Assembly (NCBI GenBank): GCA_964291295.2
Contig: OZ219754.1
Span: 2,464,001-2,528,000 of the forward strand
Length of the DNA stretch: 64,000 nucleotides
DNA from: an uncultured Candidatus Binatia bacterium
GTDB taxonomy: Bacteria; Desulfobacterota; Binatia; UBA9968; JAJDTQ01
Direction of reading: 5' to 3'
The position numbers and the translations under genes are program-made. The notes under the pieces are model-generated. The model ran no database searches. It was not told the DNA's origin and saw nothing but the letters and a program-made list of their open reading frames with translations. Of this stretch, positions 8,525-18,166 are shown piece after piece (positions within the stretch are counted from its first letter, which is position 1; every line of letters starts with the position of its first letter).

Positions 8525-9697
8525 ATGGCGGTTTCAGCATTCGAGTACAGCAATCCGCGTGTGGAGCGCATCGTTTTCGGCCGCGGGGTGGTCAGGCGGC
8601 TGGCGGACGAGGTCCGGCGCCTGGAGGCGCGGCGCGTATTCGTGGTGACGTCTCCGTCCATCGCCCGGACGTACCTGCTGGACGCGGTGAGGTCGGCGTT
8701 GGGAGACCTGTGCGCGGGGGTTTTCGACACGGTGAAACCGCACTCGCCCACGGACTCCGTTGCGGTGGCGGCGGGGCAGGCCGCGGCGGTGGCAGCGGAC
8801 GCATTGGTCAGCGTCGGCGGCGGCAGCTCCATCGACACCGCCAAGGGCGTGGCGGCATTCCTCGCCGAGGGACGCCCCCTGAAGGAGCTGGCCACCCGGT
8901 TCATTCCGCCGGATCAGAAGCAAGTGCCGCCCATGCCGGCCCCCAAGTTGCCGCACCTGGCCGTTCCGACGACGTTCTCCGGCGGCGAGTACAGCTATTC
9001 CGCGGGTCTGGCGGAAGCGGGCCGCAAGCTCATCCTGGCCGATTCCAAGTTGTCGCCGCGAACGGTCATGCTGGATCCGGAGGCGGCCCGGACCGCTCCG
9101 CCCAGGCTGCTGGCGGCGTCGGGCATGAACGCCCTGGCCCACTGCGTGGAAGCCGTCTACTCGACCCAGACCCAGACTCTGAGCCAGGCCTGGTGCCTGG
9201 CCGCAATCGGGCCCATTACCACTTTTCTGCCGCGGCTGGTGGCGGACACGAACGACCTCGAAGCCATCGGCGAGATGCAGGTTGCCGCCACACTCTCCAG
9301 CATGGGAGTCTACAGCGCCTGGACCGGCATCCACCACGGCATCGTTCACGTCATCGGCGGCCGCTTCACCGTCCCCCACGCCAATATCCACGCCCTCATG
9401 CTGCCCTACGCCATGCGCTGGAACCTGGACGGCACCACCGAGGCCATGGCCCGCATGGCCCGCGCCATGGGGGTCCGCGAAACCGACGACGCCAAGGCTG
9501 CGGCCGCGGCGCCGGAGGTGGTGTACGGCATGAACGTGGCGATGGGGCTGCCGCTGCGGCTCCGGGAGCTGGAGATTCCGCGCGACGCGCTGCCGTCCCT
9601 GGCCGAGGCGGCGCTGGAAGACATCAGCACCCACAACAACCCCAAGAAGATCCACTCGGCGTCACAGGTGCTGGAGTGCCTGGAGATGGCCTGGTAG
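8525..9697 (+). CDS. Iron-containing alcohol dehydrogenase family, maleylacetate reductase-like
   Basis: VGGGSSIDTAK, VPTT, NALAH, HHGIVH, PHA motifs; SD GGGAGG. Confidence 0.85.
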   Translation: MAVSAFEYSNPRVERIVFGRGVVRRLADEVRRLEARRVFVVTSPSIARTYLLDAVRSALGDLCAGVFDTVKPHSPTDSVAVAAGQAAAVAADALVSVGGGSSIDTAKGVAAFLAEGRPLKELATRFIPPDQKQVPPMPAPKLPHLAVPTTFSGGEYSYSAGLAEAGRKLILADSKLSPRTVMLDPEAARTAPPRLLAASGMNALAHCVEAVYSTQTQTLSQAWCLAAIGPITTFLPRLVADTNDLEAIGEMQVAATLSSMGVYSAWTGIHHGIVHVIGGRFTVPHANIHALMLPYAMRWNLDGTTEAMARMARAMGVRETDDAKAAAAAPEVVYGMNVAMGLPLRLRELEIPRDALPSLAEAALEDISTHNNPKKIHSASQVLECLEMAW

Positions 9698-9919
9698 CGG
9701 GTATTCGCCGGACGGCGCTTCGCTCATCCGGGCGGTGGCGGCGGCTGACGATCCGCCGGCGGCCGCGGGCCGCGCTTCATGGCGGTGTCGATGCGGTGTC
9801 GATGTCGTCCCGCGCCTGCCCTCGTGGAGCGGGCCAAGCCTTGGCCCACCACGGGCGGCATCCGGTCCACCTGCCCCTGGTCCGCCGGCGGGACCGCCGG
9901 CATGGATCACGGTTCCGCG

Positions 9920-10894
9920 CTATAGCTCCCGGGCGAGTTCCACGACGCGTCTTCGCTGCTCCCGGGTGCCCAGGGGCATGAGCAGGGGAAGGTCGAGGCC
10001 GCCGGCAACGAACGCGTCCAGACGCCGCCGGCATTGTTCCGGGGTTCCGGTGACGGAGTGGGCGTACACCACCTCGTCGCTGATGAGTTCCCTGGCCTCC
10101 TTCCATGCCCGCCGACCGATGGCGTCGGCGAGTCGGTCCTGGTCCACCGTGCCGCCGCCGAGCCGGAGATTCTCGGCGTGGTGCCGGTTGCGGAAGATGT
10201 AGGCGAGGAACGTCCTGGCGGCGTCCATGGCTTGCCGCGGGTCGTCGCCGGCCGAGGCGGCGATGAATCCCGCCACCGTCCCCCGGGCCGTCTTCCCGGC
10301 CCGGGCCGCTCCGGCCTCCACCTCCTGGACGCAGCGCCGGATATAGTCCGGCGTGCAGCCCGCCGACAACAGCACGCCGTCGCCGATTTCGCCCGCCAGC
10401 CGCAGCATCCGGGGCCGCACCGCGGTCATGTAGATGGGGATCTCGCTCGCCGGTACGAGTCCCATGCGGGCCCCGCGCATGGTGAAGACCTCGCCCTCGA
10501 ACGCGACGGTCTCGCCGGCCAGCAGCCGGCGCAGCAGCGTCACGTACTCGCGCATGGTCCGCAACATCCGGTCCGCCTCGATGCCGATCTCCCGCAGCGC
10601 CGCGGGGTTGGCCGTGCCCGCCGTGGCCGCCACCCGTCCGGGGGCGAACTCCTCCATGGTGGCCAGCGCCATGGCGGTGACCATGGGATGCCGGGAGTAG
10701 GGGCTCAGGGGCGCCGGGTTGACCTTGATACGCCCGGTTCTGGCGAGAAACGCCATGGCCGAGGCGATGGAATCCCGGAAGCAGATGTGGTCGGACATCC
10801 AGATGGAATCCATGCCGATGTCATCGGCCAGCCGCGCCAGTTCGATCATTTCCTGGATCGAATAGAAGCCGTCGAAACACAAGCCGGCGTGCAT
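9920..10894 (-). CDS. LLM-class flavin/F420-dependent oxidoreductase (Mer-like)
   Basis: WMSDH, PYSRHP, PRMLRLAGEIGDGVLL, VTGTPEQC. Confidence 0.85.
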   Translation of the reverse strand: MHAGLCFDGFYSIQEMIELARLADDIGMDSIWMSDHICFRDSIASAMAFLARTGRIKVNPAPLSPYSRHPMVTAMALATMEEFAPGRVAATAGTANPAALREIGIEADRMLRTMREYVTLLRRLLAGETVAFEGEVFTMRGARMGLVPASEIPIYMTAVRPRMLRLAGEIGDGVLLSAGCTPDYIRRCVQEVEAGAARAGKTARGTVAGFIAASAGDDPRQAMDAARTFLAYIFRNRHHAENLRLGGGTVDQDRLADAIGRRAWKEARELISDEVVYAHSVTGTPEQCRRRLDAFVAGGLDLPLLMPLGTREQRRRVVELAREL

Positions 10895-10939
10895 GCCGGC
10901 CAGACTAGAACAAGGGCGGCGCGAATGAAAGGCGGTTTC

Positions 10940-12049
10940 TCAATGGAAGCCGGTTTCCAGGATGGCCGGAAGCGCGCCGGCGTCGGCCTCCCGGAGTCCC
11001 ATGCGGGTCAGCGTAAGGCCGTGCCGGCGGTAGTCGGTGTGGTTCATTTCCGAGGCCAGGGTGATGAGTGCGTCGATCACGGGAGTCTCGATCCGCAGCA
11101 GGTCGGCCAGTGCCGCCATGGGCACGAGGCCGTAGCCCACGTCCTCGTGGACATAGCGGTGGTCGTGGGTGGCGGGCGCGACGAGGGTCTTGTTGGGCTC
11201 GCTTTCCTGTGTCGCCTGGAAGACGGACCCGCTTTCCAGTGCGGCGTCCGAGGTGAGGCCGGCGGCGTGGAATATCTCCACGAAGGAGCGCGGCGGCAGC
11301 CCCAGCGCGCGCACGATGTCCAGGCGTTCGCGGTCCACCGCCTCGATGATGCGCGCCACCGCGGGGGAGAGGGCGTGCCGGTAGAACAGCAGGTCGCCGA
11401 CGTGCCGCTCGATCCAGCCGGCGTTGCCGACCATGCCGGCGGGATGCATGATCGCGTTGATGTTGGACAGGCCGGTCTCCAGCACGTTCTCCGCGGGCGT
11501 GATGTTGGGAAACACCGCCGCCATCCCGGGCAGCAGGTCCGGACCCGAGGCAGCCGGGAAGGCCGCGCACCCGAGGTTGGCGGTACGCCGATAGATTTCC
11601 ACCCGGGCCGGACCGGTCATGCGGCAGATGCTGGTAAGGGTGACGGTTTCGCAGCACCGGATCGGGACGCGGCAGCCCGCGCGCCGCAGTGCGTGCGCGA
11701 AGTGCAGGCTGCCGCCGGTCTGGCCGGGGTTCAGATGCACGATGGGGTTTTCGTCCAGCAGCGGCGCCAGGGCGCGGGCCATGAATTCGTGGGCCAGCGC
11801 CGGGGCGGCGATGGTGACGAGGTCGGCGCCGGCCACGGCCTCCCGCAGCACCGGCGTGATCACGCGGGGGCGCCCGAAGGTTTCCCGACCGTACTCCACC
11901 AGCTCGATGCCGCCGCGCTGCCGCAACGGCGCCAAGGTCTGCTCCGAGCGCGAGTAGAGCCGGGTCTCGAAGCCCCGGGCCGCGAGGTCCGCCGCGGTGG
12001 CGCATCCACCGTTGCCGGCGCCCAGGACGGCGACTCTTTCGATGCTCAT
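10940..12049 (-). CDS. NAD/NADP-dependent opine (octopine/nopaline-type) dehydrogenase
   Basis: VAVLGAGNGG, LNPGQTGG, NINAIMHP, HRYVHEDVGYGLVP. Confidence 0.88.
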   Translation of the reverse strand: MSIERVAVLGAGNGGCATAADLAARGFETRLYSRSEQTLAPLRQRGGIELVEYGRETFGRPRVITPVLREAVAGADLVTIAAPALAHEFMARALAPLLDENPIVHLNPGQTGGSLHFAHALRRAGCRVPIRCCETVTLTSICRMTGPARVEIYRRTANLGCAAFPAASGPDLLPGMAAVFPNITPAENVLETGLSNINAIMHPAGMVGNAGWIERHVGDLLFYRHALSPAVARIIEAVDRERLDIVRALGLPPRSFVEIFHAAGLTSDAALESGSVFQATQESEPNKTLVAPATHDHRYVHEDVGYGLVPMAALADLLRIETPVIDALITLASEMNHTDYRRHGLTLTRMGLREADAGALPAILETGFH

Positions 12050-12074
12050 GGTCGAGCCGGATGCCCGGTGTCCA

Positions 12075-13232
12075 TCACCTGTCCGTCCGGTACCGCTCCA
12101 CCTTCTCCTCGTCCAGCTCCACCCCCAGGCCCGGGCGGTGCGGAACCTTCACGGCACCGCCCGCGAACTCCAACGGTTCGGTGACGATATCGTCCCTGTA
12201 ATAGATGCCGGCGATGCGTCCCGTAGCCTCGGCATCCGGCGTGGTGACGGGTATGACGCAGGCGAGGTTCGCGGCGGCGGTGGAGGCGGCCAGATGGACG
12301 TTGGCGGCGTTGCCCACGCCCATTTCCACCGAACCGTTGACATTGCACGGGAATCCCGCAGCCTCGGCGAGCGCGGCCACCTTCTTGGCCCGGAACAGGC
12401 CGCCGGGCTTGGTGGTGTAGAGGGAGATGATGTCCGCCGCCTTCTTCTCGATGATCTCCAGGATGTCCCAGGTGGTCCAGGCGCTTTCGTCGGCCATGAT
12501 CGGCGTGTCCACCCGCCGGGTGACCTCGGCCATGGCGTCGAGGCCCTCCACCGGTTGTTCCATGTAGAGGATGCCGCAGGGCTCCATGGCCCTGATGGTC
12601 CGCACCGCCTCCTTGGCGGACCTGTAGCCGTTGTTGGCGTCCACCGTGAGGTTCATGTCCGGTCCCAGCGCTTCGCGGACGCGCCGCAGCAGTTCGACAT
12701 CGCGCTTCGGCTCCACGCCGCCCTTGAGCTTGATGGTCCCGATGCCTTCCGCCTGGACCCGCCGGACCTCGGCCACCGCATCGTCCATGTCCATGAGCCC
12801 GATGCTGTGGGAGATGGGCACGGCTTCCCGGTAGAGCCCCCCCAGGAGCTGGTAGGCGGGCAGGTCCGCGGCCTTTCCCGCCACGTCGTACAAGGCCATG
12901 TCGATGGCCGCCTTGGAATACGGATGGCCCTTGACCGCCTGGTCCATGAGGGCGTGGATCCACTCGATGCGGCGCGGGTCCTCGCCGACGATGCTCGGTG
13001 CCAGGAAATCCCGGATCACCGCGGCCACCGATGCCGGCGTCTCGCCGTAGTAGCGCATGTGGTCGCCGCCCCAGTCCTTGAGCGCCGGCGCTTCGCCCAA
13101 GCCGGTCCGGCCGTCGTCGGTCTCCAGCCGCACCAGCAGATAGACGCCGATGGGGGTCTTGAGACTTGCCCACTGGTGGACCCGCCGGGTGGGAAGCCTG
13201 ACGGGAATGGTCTCGATGGATCGGATCTTCAT
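12075..13232 (-). CDS. Enolase superfamily, muconate-lactonizing-enzyme subgroup
   Basis: AAIDMALYDVAGK, KLK, VDAN, MEQP, ADES metal-ligand motifs. Confidence 0.88.
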   Translation of the reverse strand: MKIRSIETIPVRLPTRRVHQWASLKTPIGVYLLVRLETDDGRTGLGEAPALKDWGGDHMRYYGETPASVAAVIRDFLAPSIVGEDPRRIEWIHALMDQAVKGHPYSKAAIDMALYDVAGKAADLPAYQLLGGLYREAVPISHSIGLMDMDDAVAEVRRVQAEGIGTIKLKGGVEPKRDVELLRRVREALGPDMNLTVDANNGYRSAKEAVRTIRAMEPCGILYMEQPVEGLDAMAEVTRRVDTPIMADESAWTTWDILEIIEKKAADIISLYTTKPGGLFRAKKVAALAEAAGFPCNVNGSVEMGVGNAANVHLAASTAAANLACVIPVTTPDAEATGRIAGIYYRDDIVTEPLEFAGGAVKVPHRPGLGVELDEEKVERYRTDR

Positions 13233-13253
13233 CTTCGCCGTGTGCGCCGGGGG

Positions 13254-14369
13254 CTACGAACCGATCCGGATCAGCCGGTCGGTGGCGGTGGCGTCCGAAA
13301 GCAGTTCGCAACCGTCCCGGGTCACCCGCAGCATGTCCTTGTTCTGGAGCCCCATGCGGCCGGGAATGTAGACCAGCGGTTCGATGGCCACCACCATGCC
13401 CTCTTCGAGCACCTCCTCGCCGTAGCGCCCCAGATAGGGTTCCTCGTGCAGGAACACGCCGATGCCGTGGCCCACGAAACTGATGGGCGCCAGGCCCAGC
13501 TCGTCGAATTTCTCCAGGAAGCGCCGGTAGACCGTCCGGGCATGGGCGCCGGGCCGGATGAGGTCCATGACCCGGTACTTGCACTCCACCAGATTGTCCC
13601 AGATGCGCGCCTGTTCCCCGGTGGGCGCGCCCACCACCGCGGTGCGGCACACGCCGGCGTGATAGCCGTCGAGAACACCGAATATCTCCATGCGCACCAG
13701 ATCCCCCTGGCGAAGCCTCCGATGGGTGGGGCCCACGTTGGGGAACTGGCTGCGCTCGCCGGACGCGATGATCATGAGCTTGAAGTGCTGTGCTCCGCCC
13801 GAGAAGAGCCGGCCGGTGAGCTGGCCGGCCAACTCCAGCTCGGTCATGCCCGGGCGGGCGCCGGCCAGGGTCTGGCCGATGGCGCTGTCGGTGATGCGGC
13901 TCACGGTCCGGAGGAGGGTGGTCTCCCGTGCGCTCTTGACCTGCCGCAGCTTGCCGAAAATGCCGTCCGCCGCCGCCAGGACAGCCTTGGGCAGGAGCGT
14001 GCGCAGAGTGGCGCAATCCCGGGCCGGGAGATGGTCCATCTCGACGCCCACGGTGGCTTCGGCCAGCCCCATGTCCCGCAGCGCGCCGGCGACCTCCTGG
14101 ATCGGATCGTCGGTGAACTCCCGGTAGACCCGGATGGCGTCGAAGGCGGCGTGGGCCCGGACCGTGGTCTCTTCCATGTCGATGGCGATCATGGTGGTGC
14201 GGCCGGACCGGTCGACGATGCAGATGGCGTGACGCCAGCGCATGAGGAGCTGGGAGGGCACCACGAAACCGGTGGTATAAGCCAGGTTCTCCGGCGAACT
14301 GGCGACCAGGGCGTCGAGGCCGTGCTCCTCCATCGCCGTCCGCTGCTTCGCAATGATGTCCGCGTCCAT
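13254..14369 (-). CDS. M24 (pita-bread) family hydrolase with creatinase N-domain
   Basis: ENLAYTTGF, RQVKS, GHGIG..HEEP, IEP. Start trimmed to MDADIIAK. Confidence 0.85.
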   Translation of the reverse strand: MDADIIAKQRTAMEEHGLDALVASSPENLAYTTGFVVPSQLLMRWRHAICIVDRSGRTTMIAIDMEETTVRAHAAFDAIRVYREFTDDPIQEVAGALRDMGLAEATVGVEMDHLPARDCATLRTLLPKAVLAAADGIFGKLRQVKSARETTLLRTVSRITDSAIGQTLAGARPGMTELELAGQLTGRLFSGGAQHFKLMIIASGERSQFPNVGPTHRRLRQGDLVRMEIFGVLDGYHAGVCRTAVVGAPTGEQARIWDNLVECKYRVMDLIRPGAHARTVYRRFLEKFDELGLAPISFVGHGIGVFLHEEPYLGRYGEEVLEEGMVVAIEPLVYIPGRMGLQNKDMLRVTRDGCELLSDATATDRLIRIGS

Positions 14370-14577
14370 GGGTTCCGGGGGCGCCCGCGCCACTGTCGCC
14401 GCCAGCCCGTGAGCATACCGGTCGGGTCCCGGATCCTCAACCGCCTGGCGCCATCCGCCGGACCCTGAATCAAGTCCCGGAAGCGAGTGTCCGGACCGGG
14501 GCAACTCTTCCAAACGGTGGCTCCTTCAGATAGGAAACAGGGGCACGATCAATCCTTGTACCGGGGGGAATCGTTCC

Positions 14578-15666
14578 ATGCTGCTGATCAACAACCGTGA
14601 AGTGGAGGCGTTGATGGACATGAAGGCCTGTCTCGACGCGCTGGAGACAGGCTATGCGGATCTCGCCCGCAACGACGCGGTGTACCGGCCGCGCCTCGAC
14701 GTGTGGGTGCCGTGCGAACGGCCGGACGGCTATTACCGCTGGGGCACCATGGAAGGGGCCAGCCGCACCATCGGCACCTTCGCCATCCGGATGAAGTCGG
14801 ACGTGGTCTACTGGCCCGGCGGCGAAACCGAGGAGAAGTACTGCATGCGGCCCGGCAACTACTGCGGGCTGATCATGGTGTTCAGCGTGGCCAACGGCGA
14901 GCCCCTGGCCATCATCAACGACGGCGTGCTCCAGCACATGCGGGTGGGAGGCTGCGCCGGGCTGGGGGCCAGGGAACTGGCGCGGGAAGACGCCGCGGTG
15001 GTGGGCATGTTCGGCTCCGGCGGCATGGCGCGGACCTATCTCATGGCGTTCAACGAGGTGCGGAAGCTCGAAGAAGTCCGGGCCTACAGTCCCACCCGGG
15101 CGAACCGGGATGCCTACGCCGCCGAAATGAGCGAGACCCTCGGGCTGCGGGTGATCGCGGTGGACCGGCCGGAGGACGTGGTTCAGGGCGCCGACATCGT
15201 CTCCGCCTGCACCGACTCCACCCGGGTCGTGTTCGACAACCCCGAGTGGCTCAAGCGCGGCGCCCACCTCACCTGCGTGCGCGCCTGCGAAATCGGCCCG
15301 CGTGTGGTGGCGGCCTGCGACGTGTCCGTCAAGCTCGGCCGCAATACCGTGACCACCCTCGACGAGGGCATGGTGCGGCTCCACGGCAACGTCGGCTACG
15401 TGGCGGGGCAGCCCGAGGAGATCGACCGCATCCCGAACCCCACGCAGGACGTCTATACCGGCGACTATTTCAGCTACTTCGTGGACGTGAGGCTCGGCCG
15501 GAAGCCGGGCCGCACGAGCCCGGAGCAGACCACCTTCTTCATCAACGCCGGCACCCAGGGGCTCCAGTTCGCGGCCTGCGCCGGGCGGGTCTACCAGATG
15601 GCCCGGGAGAAGGGCATGGGCCGGGAGTTGCCCACCGAGTGGTTCACCCAGGACATCCGCGACTAG
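14578..15666 (+). CDS. Ornithine cyclodeaminase/mu-crystallin family protein
   Basis: GEPLAIIND..LQHMRVG, GMFGSGGMA, ADIVSACT, GRTSPEQTT, GLQFAA. Confidence 0.85.
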   Translation: MLLINNREVEALMDMKACLDALETGYADLARNDAVYRPRLDVWVPCERPDGYYRWGTMEGASRTIGTFAIRMKSDVVYWPGGETEEKYCMRPGNYCGLIMVFSVANGEPLAIINDGVLQHMRVGGCAGLGARELAREDAAVVGMFGSGGMARTYLMAFNEVRKLEEVRAYSPTRANRDAYAAEMSETLGLRVIAVDRPEDVVQGADIVSACTDSTRVVFDNPEWLKRGAHLTCVRACEIGPRVVAACDVSVKLGRNTVTTLDEGMVRLHGNVGYVAGQPEEIDRIPNPTQDVYTGDYFSYFVDVRLGRKPGRTSPEQTTFFINAGTQGLQFAACAGRVYQMAREKGMGRELPTEWFTQDIRD

Positions 15667-15686
15667 CTTTTCCACCTCCTTGACCC

Positions 15687-16856
15687 ATGCTGGTCCCGTT
15701 CCGTTCACGCGTTTCCGTCGCTCCCCGCGGGTACGCCCTCGGCTTGGCCGGCGCCGGTATCCTGGTCGCGCTCCTTGCCGGGCTGCTCGGTGGCTGCCAG
15801 CCGGCGCCGCCGCCTCGGGTGCCCGAGCCGCCCGCGGAAGTCCGCGACGACCTGGAGGTGCGGTCGCTCCGGGCGGCGGTGCGGGAGAGCCTGCGGTTTC
15901 TCGCCGGCGTGCCGGGAGACCGGCTGCTGGGCCGGTGGCCCCGGCGGGTGACGGCGGAAGAGATCCGCTCATCCCTCGCCCGCTTCCTGCAGCTGCTGGA
16001 CGAGCCGCCGGGAACGGACGGAGGCTGGACGCAGCGTGTGGCGGCGCGGTTCGACTTCTACCCGGCGCCCCGGACCGGAGCACCGGACGAGGTCCTGTTC
16101 ACCGGCTACTATCAACCGGTGATCGAAGCCAGCCCGGTGGAGACCCCCGAATACCGCTATCCCGTCTACCGGGAGCCGGACGAGTTGCGGAGGCGGGGGA
16201 GCAAGGTGGCCGGGTATTCCCGCCATGACGTGGACGTGCGGGGCCGCCTCCGGGGCAAGGGTTACGAGATCGCCTGGCTGCGGGACCCGGTGGAGCGTTT
16301 CTTCCTGCACATCCAGGGCTCGGGACTGTTGCGGCTGACCGACGGCCGCCAGGTGCCGCTCAACTTCGCCGCCACCAATGACAGGCGTTATACCAGCATC
16401 GGCAAGATCCTCGTCGAACAGGGCGAGCTTGACCGGGAGTCCATCTCGATGCAGCGGATTCGCGCCTGGCTTGTCGAATTCCCCGGTGAGCGGGAGGCGC
16501 TGTTCGCCCGGAACGAGCGTTATGTCTTCTTTCGTCTGGGAGAGGAGGGGCCGCTGGGGAGCCTCGGCGTCCGGCTCACGGCCGGACGCTCGGCCGCCAC
16601 GGACCACCGCATCTACCCCAGGGGCGCGCTGCTGTTCGTCGAGACCCGGACCCCGGTGGTGGGCCGGCAGGGCGAGTTGGCGGGTCTGCGTCCGTTCGGC
16701 CGGTTCGTCCTCAACCAGGACACCGGGGCGGCCATCCGGGGTCCGGCGCGGGTGGATCTCTATTTCGGCACCGGCGACGAGGCCGGGGCGCGGGCGGGAT
16801 ACATGAAGAGCAGAGGGAGGCTTTATCTCTTGATGGAGCGGGGCGCGGCGTCGTGA
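15687..16856 (+). CDS. mltA: Membrane-bound lytic murein transglycosylase A
   Basis: Lipobox LLGGC, FTGYYQP, FFLHIQGSG, YTSIG, QDTGAAIRG..RVDLYFG (3D domain). Confidence 0.92.
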   Translation: MLVPFRSRVSVAPRGYALGLAGAGILVALLAGLLGGCQPAPPPRVPEPPAEVRDDLEVRSLRAAVRESLRFLAGVPGDRLLGRWPRRVTAEEIRSSLARFLQLLDEPPGTDGGWTQRVAARFDFYPAPRTGAPDEVLFTGYYQPVIEASPVETPEYRYPVYREPDELRRRGSKVAGYSRHDVDVRGRLRGKGYEIAWLRDPVERFFLHIQGSGLLRLTDGRQVPLNFAATNDRRYTSIGKILVEQGELDRESISMQRIRAWLVEFPGEREALFARNERYVFFRLGEEGPLGSLGVRLTAGRSAATDHRIYPRGALLFVETRTPVVGRQGELAGLRPFGRFVLNQDTGAAIRGPARVDLYFGTGDEAGARAGYMKSRGRLYLLMERGAAS

Positions 16857-16907
16857 AGCGGGCAGCCACGCCGTCAAGGGAACATCACGGCCGAAGGAGG
16901 TTTTGCA

Positions 16908-17996
16908 ATGGCATCGGTGCTTTTGTTGGGTCCGGAAGACATGAGCGGTCTCATCACCATGAAGGAGGCGGTGGATGCCATGGAGCGGGGGTATCTCGAC
17001 TGGGCCCGGAACCGTGAACTGGGGGCGTTGCGGCGCCGGGTGCATTCGGTGGCCAACGCCCGGGTGACGGTGCACCAGGGGGCGCCTGATTCCGCCGGGG
17101 TCACGGGGATTCTGACCCACTGCGAGCACGTGATGATCCACGACAACGGCATCCAGACCTACCAGACCCGGGGCCGTCCGGTGCGGGTGATGTTCGACGG
17201 CAACAACGCCGAGCTCAAGTGCATCACGGTGGGGGAACTGCGGGTCCGGGAGTTGCCCGAGGCCAACAACGTGGTGAACGTCCAGACCGCCTGCTCCACC
17301 GCGGTGGGCATCAAGCACTTGGCACGGCAGAGCTCCAGGGTGGTGGGGGTGCTGGGCTCCCGGGCCCAGGCGGAGTGCCAGTTGCTTGCGTGCAAGGCGG
17401 TGGTTCCCGGCCTTGAGGAGGCCAGGGTCTACAGCCCGAATCCGGAAAACCGTACCCGGTTCGCCGCCAGGATGACCGAACTGATGGACATGGAGGTGCG
17501 GCCGGTGGCCACCAGCCGCGAGGCGGTCCAGGATGTGGACGTGCTGTTGTCGGTGACCAACTCCAACGTGCCCACCTTCGACGGCGACTGGCTGGCACCC
17601 GGCGTGCATCTGTGCTCGATCGTCTCCAGCAACATCGGCCTGATGCGCGGCGGCTTCATCCAGCGAAAACGGCGGGAGGTGGACGACAGGACCCTCCAGC
17701 GTTGTGACATCATTGTCTGCAACTCGAAGCGGCAGGAGATCCTGGACGAGCCCGGGGTGCTGTGGGATCCGGTGCAGCAGGGCGTCATCACCTGGGACGA
17801 CGTGTGGGATCTGGGCGAACTGCTGGCCGGACAGGTACCGGGCCGGACTTCCGAAGAGCAGATCAGCTTCTACAAGAACAACGCCTTCTGGGGCGTGGGC
17901 GATCAGGCCATCGGCGAGTTGCTGTACGAGCGCGCGGTGGAGCGGGGGCTCGGCACCGAGCTTCCCATTGACGGCGCCGAGTACCGGGAAGCATAG
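16908..17996 (+). CDS. Ornithine cyclodeaminase/mu-crystallin family protein (second, divergent)
   Basis: IKHLAR, DVLLSVTNS, WLAPGVH, DLGELLAGQVPGRTSEEQISFYKN; SD AAGGAGG. Confidence 0.85.
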   Translation: MASVLLLGPEDMSGLITMKEAVDAMERGYLDWARNRELGALRRRVHSVANARVTVHQGAPDSAGVTGILTHCEHVMIHDNGIQTYQTRGRPVRVMFDGNNAELKCITVGELRVRELPEANNVVNVQTACSTAVGIKHLARQSSRVVGVLGSRAQAECQLLACKAVVPGLEEARVYSPNPENRTRFAARMTELMDMEVRPVATSREAVQDVDVLLSVTNSNVPTFDGDWLAPGVHLCSIVSSNIGLMRGGFIQRKRREVDDRTLQRCDIIVCNSKRQEILDEPGVLWDPVQQGVITWDDVWDLGELLAGQVPGRTSEEQISFYKNNAFWGVGDQAIGELLYERAVERGLGTELPIDGAEYREA

Positions 17997-18004
17997 GCGC
18001 TCCG

Positions 18005-18031
18005 GACCCCGCTCCCGCGGGGAGCGGGGTC
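18005..18031. terminator. Strong GC hairpin after OCD-like gene
   Basis: GACCCCGCTCCC / GGGAGCGGGGTC stem; no clear U-tract. Confidence 0.5.
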
Positions 18032-18069
18032 TGCGTGTTCGAGGATCTCGACGACGAACTCGACGAACG

Positions 18070-18166
18070 AACTTCGATACGCACGTCGTCCGGGCCGTGC
18101 ACGAAGGCGATCCTGAGGCCGGGCCGCAGCGGCCGGGGCTCGGAGAGAAACGCGGCGCCCCGCCGC
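18070..18166 (-). pseudogene. Fragment of a VOC/glyoxalase family gene
   Basis: RGAAFLSEPRPLRPGLRIAFVHGPDDVRIEV resembles the C-terminal strands of VOC proteins (F.xP.G.xIE); no N-terminal half is present. Confidence 0.5.

Noticed and set aside
10034-14468. Long plus-strand ORFs (716 and 823 aa)
   Set aside because: Antisense shadows of well-supported minus-strand enzymes; expected in high-GC DNA.
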